Positions 58,347-64,000 of a stretch of DNA of 64,000 bases are shown here, in pieces. Source of the DNA: Deltaproteobacteria bacterium. GTDB lineage: Bacteria; Desulfobacterota; Desulfobulbia; Desulfobulbales; JAGXFP01. How positions within the stretch are numbered: the stretch's first letter is position 1; each line of letters begins with the position of its first letter. The stretch is taken from contig JAGVGT010000032.1 in the NCBI GenBank assembly GCA_020056965.1, positions 174 to 64,173 on the forward strand, written 5' to 3'. The position numbers and the translations under genes are program-made. A model generated the notes under the pieces. The model searched no databases, had not been told where the DNA came from, and worked only from the letters and a program-made list of their open reading frames with translations.

Positions 58347-58495
58347 ACCCCACCCCAGCCCTCCCCTTGGTATGGGGAGGGAGTTAGTCCCAGTTTACCG
58401 GGAACACCAGCTCGATCCAGCGTTTTTCATCGCAGCACCCAGAAAAAGACCAGGGGAATATCTCCCCTCCTTGCCAAGGAGGGGCCGGGGGAGGT
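58347..58495. repeat. inverted pair of CCCTCCCC...GGGGAGGG palindromic repeats
   Basis: 58347-58383 and 58462-58495 each fold and are mutually inverted. Confidence 0.65.
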
Positions 58496-58533
58496 AGGTT
58501 CCGCGGCTGGCTATTCGGCAGTTCTATGGTTCA

Positions 58534-61500
58534 CTATGGTTCAGCAATTTCCACATCACCGCTCCATCCCCTAAACCGCTGCTTAAGCCACCCCTGCAAG
58601 CGGTCGAGGTAGTAGTAGATCACCGGGGTGATATAGAGGGTCATCAGTTGGGAGACCAGCAGGCCGCCGACCACCGCCAGTCCGAGCGGCCGGCGCGCCT
58701 CGGCTCCGGCCCCGATCCCGATGGCGATGGGCAGGGTGCCCATCAGGGCCGCCATGGTGGTCATCATGATCGGCCGGAAACGGACCAGACACCCTTGATG
58801 GATCGCGGCCAGGGGCGACAACCCCTCGTTACGCTGCGCCTCCAGGGCGAAATCGATCATCATGATGGCGTTCTTTTTAACGATGCCGACCAGCATGATG
58901 ATGCCGACGAAGGCATAGAGATTGAGGTCTTTGCCGAAGGCCAGCAGGGTGAGCAGCGCCCCGAAACCGGCCGAGGGCAACCCGGAGAGGATGGTCAGGG
59001 GATGGATGTAGCTCTCGTAGAGGATGCCTAGAACGATATAGATCACCACCACCGCCAGGATCAACAGCAGCGCCAGCCCCTTGGTCGAGGCCTGGTAGAC
59101 CTGGGCCGCGCCCTGGAAACCAGTAGTGATGGCGGCCGGCAGGCTGCGGGCCTCCTGTTCGATGGCCGCCACCGCATCACCCAGCGGCACCCCCGGTTTT
59201 AGATTGAAGGAGATGGTCACCGCAGTGATCTGGCCGAGATGGTTGACCGACAACGGCCCCAAACCGCGCGCAACCGTAACCAGCGAGGTAAGCGGCACCA
59301 GCGGACCCTGACTGGAACGGAACCGCAAGAGCTCCAGGGCCGCCGGGTCGGCCTGATACTGGGGGGCCAGTTCCATGATCACCTGATACTGATTGGTTGG
59401 CGAGAAGATGGTCGAAACCTGGCGGGCGCCGTAGGCCGAATATAAGGTGGTCTCGATCTGGGCCGGGCTCACCCCCAGGGCGGCGGCACGGTCCCGATTG
59501 ATGGTCAGATTGAGTTGAGGATTCTTGATCTGCAGGTCCGAGTTGACGTCTTGCAAAATCGTTAAGCCCCGCAGCCTGGCCTCGAATTCGCTGGCAGTGG
59601 CGTAAAGTTCCGCACTGTCCGGGCTTTGCAAGACGAACTGGTACTGGGCCTTGGAGGAGGTCGATTCCAGCCGGATCGGCGGCGGGTTATTGAGGTAGAC
59701 GCGGATACCGGGGATAGTGTCCAGCTTGGGCCGCAACCGCTGGATGATCTGGTCAGCGTTGGCCTTGCGTTCGGCGCGGGGTTTGAGTTTGATAAACATG
59801 AAGCCGCTGTTGGAACCGACCCGCGAACCCGAGGCGCCCACCGAGGACATGAAGGCCTCGACATCGGGATCCTGGAGAACGATCTCCACCAGCTGGGCCT
59901 GGTTGCGCTTCATCTCGTCGAAGGATACCCCTTGGGCGCCCTCGGTCTGGCAACGGATGGCCCCAACGTCGTCGGCCGGGAAAAGCCCGGTGGGCATCCG
60001 GGTAAAGAGCCAGCCGGTGACGCCGGTCAGCAGCAGGGTCAGGACCAGGACGGTGAGCCGATGGCGCAGGACCAGATCGAGACTCTGTTCATAGAGGCGC
60101 AGCCAGCCCGCGAAAAAGCGCTCCATCAACAGAAAGAGCCGGCCGTGACGCACCCCGGCCTGGGGTTTCAGGAAGCGGCTGGCCAGCATCGGGGTCAGGG
60201 TCAGGGAGACGAAGCCGGAGATCAGGATCGCCACGGCGATGGTCACCGCGAACTCATGCAGAATCCGGCCCAACATGCCGCCCATGAACAGCACCGGGAT
60301 AAAGACCGCCACCAGGGAGATGGTCATGGAGATGATGGTGAAACCGATCTCCTTAGAACCCTTAAGGGCCGCCGTCATCGCCGACTCGCCCTTCTCCATG
60401 TGGCGGACGATATTCTCCAGCATGACGATGGCGTCATCGACCACGAAACCTACCGAGAGGGTCAGGGCCAACAGGGTGATGTTGTTGACCGAGAACCCGA
60501 GCTGATACATGGCGGCAAAAGTACCGACAATCGAGAGCGGCAGGGCCAGGCTGGGAATGACCGTGGCCGAGAGGTTGCGCAGGAAGAGAAAGATGACCAG
60601 GATGACCAGGGCAATGGTCAACATCAGGGTGAATTTGACCTCCGAGACCGACTCCCGGATGGTGGTGGAACGATCGTAGAGAACGTTCAACTGGACGGCG
60701 CCGGGCAGTTGGGCGCGGAAGCTGGGCAGCTGGGCCTTGATGCTGTCGACCACCGCGATGGTATTGGTGCCGGGCTGGCGCTGGACGGCCAGAACCACCG
60801 CCCGGGTCGATTTGCCCTCGGTATTGAACCAGGCGGCAATTTTGTCGTTTTCGACCCCGTCACTGACCGTACCCAGATCAGCCAGACGGACCGGGGCGCC
60901 GTCGCGATAGGCCACGATCAGGTTGCGGAAATCGGCGGCGTTGTACAGCTGGCCGCTGGCCTGGATGGTAAAGGCCTGGCTCCTGCCCTGCAGACCGCCG
61001 GTGGGCAGGTTGACGTTGGAGCTGACCAGGGCCTCGGCCACCTCGTTCAAACCGATGCCCCGGCTAACCAGGAGATGGGGATCGAGGTCGATGCGCACCG
61101 CGTATTTCTGGGAACCGTAGACCATGACCTGAGCCACCCCGCTGATCATGGAAATCCGCGGCGAGATGACGGTATCGGCGAACTCGTTGACCTGGGAGAG
61201 CGGCAGGGTCGGGGAACTCAAGGCCAGATAAAGGATCGGCGAGTCGGCCGGGTTGACCTTCTGGATCGAGGGCGGACTCGGCATCTCGCGGGGCAGCTGG
61301 CGGGCTGCCTGGGAGATGGCCGACTGCACATCCTGGGCGGCAGCATCGATGTCGCGCTCCAGGGTGAACTGCAGGGTGATAATGGTCGAGCCCTGGCCGT
61401 TGGTGGAGCTCATGGTATCGACGCCGGCGATGGTCGACAGCTGCCGTTCCAGGGGGGTGGCGACGGCGCTGGCCATGGTCTCGGGGCTGGCGCCCGGCAG

Positions 61501-61650
61501 ACTGGCCCGCACCTGGATGGTCGGGAAATCGACGGTCGGCAGGTCGTTTACGGCCAGCAGCCGATAGGCGAACACCCCGAAGATCATCACCGCCAGCATG
61601 ACCAGACTGGTCATCACTGGCCGGCGGATGAAAAGTTCCGAAATATTCAC
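58534..61650 (-). CDS. RND efflux permease (MdtB/MdtC-like)
   Basis: FIRRPV, GFVVDDAIV, GIVKKNAI, RFRPIMMT. Confidence 0.96.
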   Translation of the reverse strand: MNISELFIRRPVMTSLVMLAVMIFGVFAYRLLAVNDLPTVDFPTIQVRASLPGASPETMASAVATPLERQLSTIAGVDTMSSTNGQGSTIITLQFTLERDIDAAAQDVQSAISQAARQLPREMPSPPSIQKVNPADSPILYLALSSPTLPLSQVNEFADTVISPRISMISGVAQVMVYGSQKYAVRIDLDPHLLVSRGIGLNEVAEALVSSNVNLPTGGLQGRSQAFTIQASGQLYNAADFRNLIVAYRDGAPVRLADLGTVSDGVENDKIAAWFNTEGKSTRAVVLAVQRQPGTNTIAVVDSIKAQLPSFRAQLPGAVQLNVLYDRSTTIRESVSEVKFTLMLTIALVILVIFLFLRNLSATVIPSLALPLSIVGTFAAMYQLGFSVNNITLLALTLSVGFVVDDAIVMLENIVRHMEKGESAMTAALKGSKEIGFTIISMTISLVAVFIPVLFMGGMLGRILHEFAVTIAVAILISGFVSLTLTPMLASRFLKPQAGVRHGRLFLLMERFFAGWLRLYEQSLDLVLRHRLTVLVLTLLLTGVTGWLFTRMPTGLFPADDVGAIRCQTEGAQGVSFDEMKRNQAQLVEIVLQDPDVEAFMSSVGASGSRVGSNSGFMFIKLKPRAERKANADQIIQRLRPKLDTIPGIRVYLNNPPPIRLESTSSKAQYQFVLQSPDSAELYATASEFEARLRGLTILQDVNSDLQIKNPQLNLTINRDRAAALGVSPAQIETTLYSAYGARQVSTIFSPTNQYQVIMELAPQYQADPAALELLRFRSSQGPLVPLTSLVTVARGLGPLSVNHLGQITAVTISFNLKPGVPLGDAVAAIEQEARSLPAAITTGFQGAAQVYQASTKGLALLLILAVVVIYIVLGILYESYIHPLTILSGLPSAGFGALLTLLAFGKDLNLYAFVGIIMLVGIVKKNAIMMIDFALEAQRNEGLSPLAAIHQGCLVRFRPIMMTTMAALMGTLPIAIGIGAGAEARRPLGLAVVGGLLVSQLMTLYITPVIYYYLDRLQGWLKQRFRGWSGDVEIAEP

Positions 61651-62846
61651 TTGCTCGCCCCACCCTTCTCCGCTTTGGCGCCGGCCGGCAGCGCTTTGAC
61701 CAACGCCCCGGGCTTCAGGCGCAACTGGCCGTCGGTCACCACCGTCTCTCCCACCGCCAATCCCGAGTCGATGACCGACTCACCACCAAAGCTGAAGGCC
61801 GCGATCACCGGCCGCTCTTCGACACTCTGGTCCGGCTTGACCACATAGACGTAGGCGCCGGTCTGACTGGTCTGCACCGCCGGGGCGGGCACCACCGTGG
61901 CCGCCCGCCGGGTGGTAAGACGCAGGCTGACCTTGACGAACTGCCCCGGCCAGAAGCCCCGATCGGGATTGGCGAAGGTCGCCTTCAGCCGGATGGTGCC
62001 GGTGCTCTGGTCGATCATGTTGTCCAGGAAGGCAAACCGGCCGGATTGCGGCTGGGCGCCATCCCCCGGGGGAATGGCCCAAATCGCCAGCTCGCCGCCG
62101 GTCAGGTGCTTTTTCAACTCGGGCAGGGTCTGCTCGGGCAGGGTGAAACTCACCTTGACCGGCACAATCTGATTGATGGTCACCAGAGGCTGATCGTCCG
62201 AGGCCTTGACCAGATTACCCTCCGTCACCAGAAGCTCCCCGGTGGCTCCGGAGATGGGCGCCCTGATTGTGCAGTTGTCGAGGTCGAGGCGGGCGCTCGC
62301 CAGCGCCGCTTGGTCGGCCTGAACCAAGGCCGCCAGGGTGGCGACGCTGGTCTGGGCCTGATCGGACTGTTCTTCGGAGACATAGCCCTTTTCGGCGGCC
62401 GGTCCGTAGCGTTCCGCCTGTTTCCTGGCATTATCCAGAGCGGCCTGATCCTTGGCCAAGGTGGCCCGGGCCTGGTCTAACCGGGCCGCAAAGGGGCGCG
62501 GGTCGATGGCAAAGAGCAGATCGCCCGCCTTAACCGGATCACCCTCGTGGAAATTGACCTTTTCCAACACCCCCGCCACCTGGGACTTGATCCCCACCGA
62601 GGCAAAGGGCTCGACCGTGCCGATGGCCTCTACTGTCACCGGCATATCCTTGCGCATACTGGTCGCCACGCTCACCGGGACCGGGGCGGACTTCGCTTTG
62701 CCGCCCTTTTCCCCCTTGCCGCCCTTGGCCTCCTTGGCGCCGGAACAACCCGACAACAGGAGAAATAAACACAGCGACAGAACCGGCCACAATCCGGCCC
62801 GGCAGCCAGGCCGGGAGTCCCCGGTGAATACGGAATCAAAGCTCAT
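61647..62846 (-). CDS. RND periplasmic adaptor (MdtA-like)
   Basis: lipobox LSGC, IDPRPF, IRAPISG, TGTIRLKA. Confidence 0.94.
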   Translation of the reverse strand: MSFDSVFTGDSRPGCRAGLWPVLSLCLFLLLSGCSGAKEAKGGKGEKGGKAKSAPVPVSVATSMRKDMPVTVEAIGTVEPFASVGIKSQVAGVLEKVNFHEGDPVKAGDLLFAIDPRPFAARLDQARATLAKDQAALDNARKQAERYGPAAEKGYVSEEQSDQAQTSVATLAALVQADQAALASARLDLDNCTIRAPISGATGELLVTEGNLVKASDDQPLVTINQIVPVKVSFTLPEQTLPELKKHLTGGELAIWAIPPGDGAQPQSGRFAFLDNMIDQSTGTIRLKATFANPDRGFWPGQFVKVSLRLTTRRAATVVPAPAVQTSQTGAYVYVVKPDQSVEERPVIAAFSFGGESVIDSGLAVGETVVTDGQLRLKPGALVKALPAGAKAEKGGASK

Positions 62847-64000
62847 ATTTTCCCAACTCCCGATGATGTGGCGGGCGGGGTCACGATGGCTGGGTCCGCC
62901 GTTCCGCTTGAATTTGCCGGTGCATCCTGATTTAAGTCCCAGCCGCCACCCAGGGCCTTGCAGAGCGCGACCAGGGCCACCGCCCGCCGCTGCTCGCTCT
63001 GGATCAGCTGGTCCTGGGCCTGATAGAGGGAGCGCTCACCCAGCAGAACATCGAGAACCCCGGCCAGCCCGGCGCGATAACGACCGCCGGCCAGTTCCAC
63101 CGCCCGCTGCCCCGCAGCCACGGCCTCAACAAACGTCCGGCGGCTCTCTTCTTCCCGGGCCTGAGCCAGTAGGGCGGTTTCCACCTCACTTAGGGCGGCA
63201 AGCACCGTTTGTTCGTAAACCGCCTGGGCCTCTTCCCGGCGACCCTGGTTGAGGTCAATATTGGCCCGCACCCTCCCCCCGTCGAAGATGGCCCAGCGCA
63301 CCGTAGGACCGACGGTCCAATAACGGCTGGAGGTGCTGAGCAGGTCACTGAGATTGAGGCTCTGCAAACCGACCAGACCGGTGAGCGAAAAACGCGGAAA
63401 GAGTTCGGCCGTGGCCACCCCGATATCGGCGGTGGTGGCGGCCAGGAGCCGCTCGGCCCTGCGGATGTCAGGCCGTCGCCGCAGTAGCTCCGAGGGCAGG
63501 GTTTCCGGCAGACCCGCCGGCATTATGGGCAACCCAGCCGGAGCCGCCAGTTCTGCCTGCAAGTCCTGGGGCGCCAGTCCCAAGAGCAGGGCGAGGCGAT
63601 AGCTCGCCTGGCCGCCGCTGTTCTCCAGGGGCGGCAACTGGGCGCGGGTCAGGGCCAGCTGGGTCTCGGCCTGGGCCACCTCCAGCTCATTGCCCAGCCC
63701 GGCCTCTTTGCGACCCTTAGCCAGGGACAGGGTCTTTTCCTGCCCGGCCAGATTGGCGCGGGCCGTGACCAGCCGCTGCTGGCTGCCCCGTAACTCCAGA
63801 TAGTTGCGGGCCACCTCAGCCGCCAGCGTAACCTGGACATCGCCGCTGTTCTCTCCGGCGGCTACCAACCGGGCCTCGGCCGCTTCAGCACCCCGACGGG
63901 CACCGCCAAAGATATCGAGTTCCCAGCCGGCGTCAAAGCCGGTCTGGAAGAGGTCCTGGGTCGCGCCGCCACTGCCGTTGCTGCCACTATTTTCGCTCTT
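62843..64000 (-). CDS. outer membrane efflux factor (NodT/OprM-like), 5' end outside the window
   Basis: WELDIFG, PSELLRRRPDI, LCKALGGGW; frame open to the window edge. Confidence 0.93.
   Translation of the reverse strand, partial: KSENSGSNGSGGATQDLFQTGFDAGWELDIFGGARRGAEAAEARLVAAGENSGDVQVTLAAEVARNYLELRGSQQRLVTARANLAGQEKTLSLAKGRKEAGLGNELEVAQAETQLALTRAQLPPLENSGGQASYRLALLLGLAPQDLQAELAAPAGLPIMPAGLPETLPSELLRRRPDIRRAERLLAATTADIGVATAELFPRFSLTGLVGLQSLNLSDLLSTSSRYWTVGPTVRWAIFDGGRVRANIDLNQGRREEAQAVYEQTVLAALSEVETALLAQAREEESRRTFVEAVAAGQRAVELAGGRYRAGLAGVLDVLLGERSLYQAQDQLIQSEQRRAVALVALCKALGGGWDLNQDAPANSSGTADPAIVTPPATSSGVGKI

Noticed and set aside
1..64000. CRISPR arrays, tRNA/rRNA genes, prophage or transposase genes
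   Set aside because: None seen in any intergenic gap or ORF by eye; dedicated scans were not run.

Overview
64 kb of a GC-rich chromosome from a sulfur-cycling Desulfobacterota. Gene content and DsrAB/DsrD style suggest Desulfobulbales; this is inferred, not searched. Bases 1-17.4 kb hold housekeeping genes and a dissimilatory sulfur cluster: ferredoxin, dsrN, dsrD-dsrB-dsrA, a divergent CoA-disulfide/persulfide reductase-rhodanese fusion and sat. An uncharacterised TPR / Cys4+HEAT / TPR operon sits on the opposite strand between dsrD and dsrN. tatC is split by a frameshift in a T9 run. Bases ~18.4-27.0 kb form an accessory islet: ada/ogt, a ~213-bp MITE with target-site duplication, rsgA, a type III-like restriction-modification pair in res-mod order with an AT-rich specificity region, an intact RelBE-type toxin-antitoxin pair, and an antitoxin whose PIN toxin is cut off after ~13 codons. 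The rest holds cell-wall genes (S11 peptidase, PBP1A with a large insertion, MltD), dGTPase, an mscS-deaminase-radical SAM operon, a Tat-exported SOR-like protein, an amidohydrolase that has lost its metal ligands, a ferredoxin/cytochrome b/YceI trio, GS type III, MntH-USP and an RND pump. I saw no rRNA, tRNA, CRISPR array, integrase or transposase. All calls come from motif recognition by eye; no searches were run.
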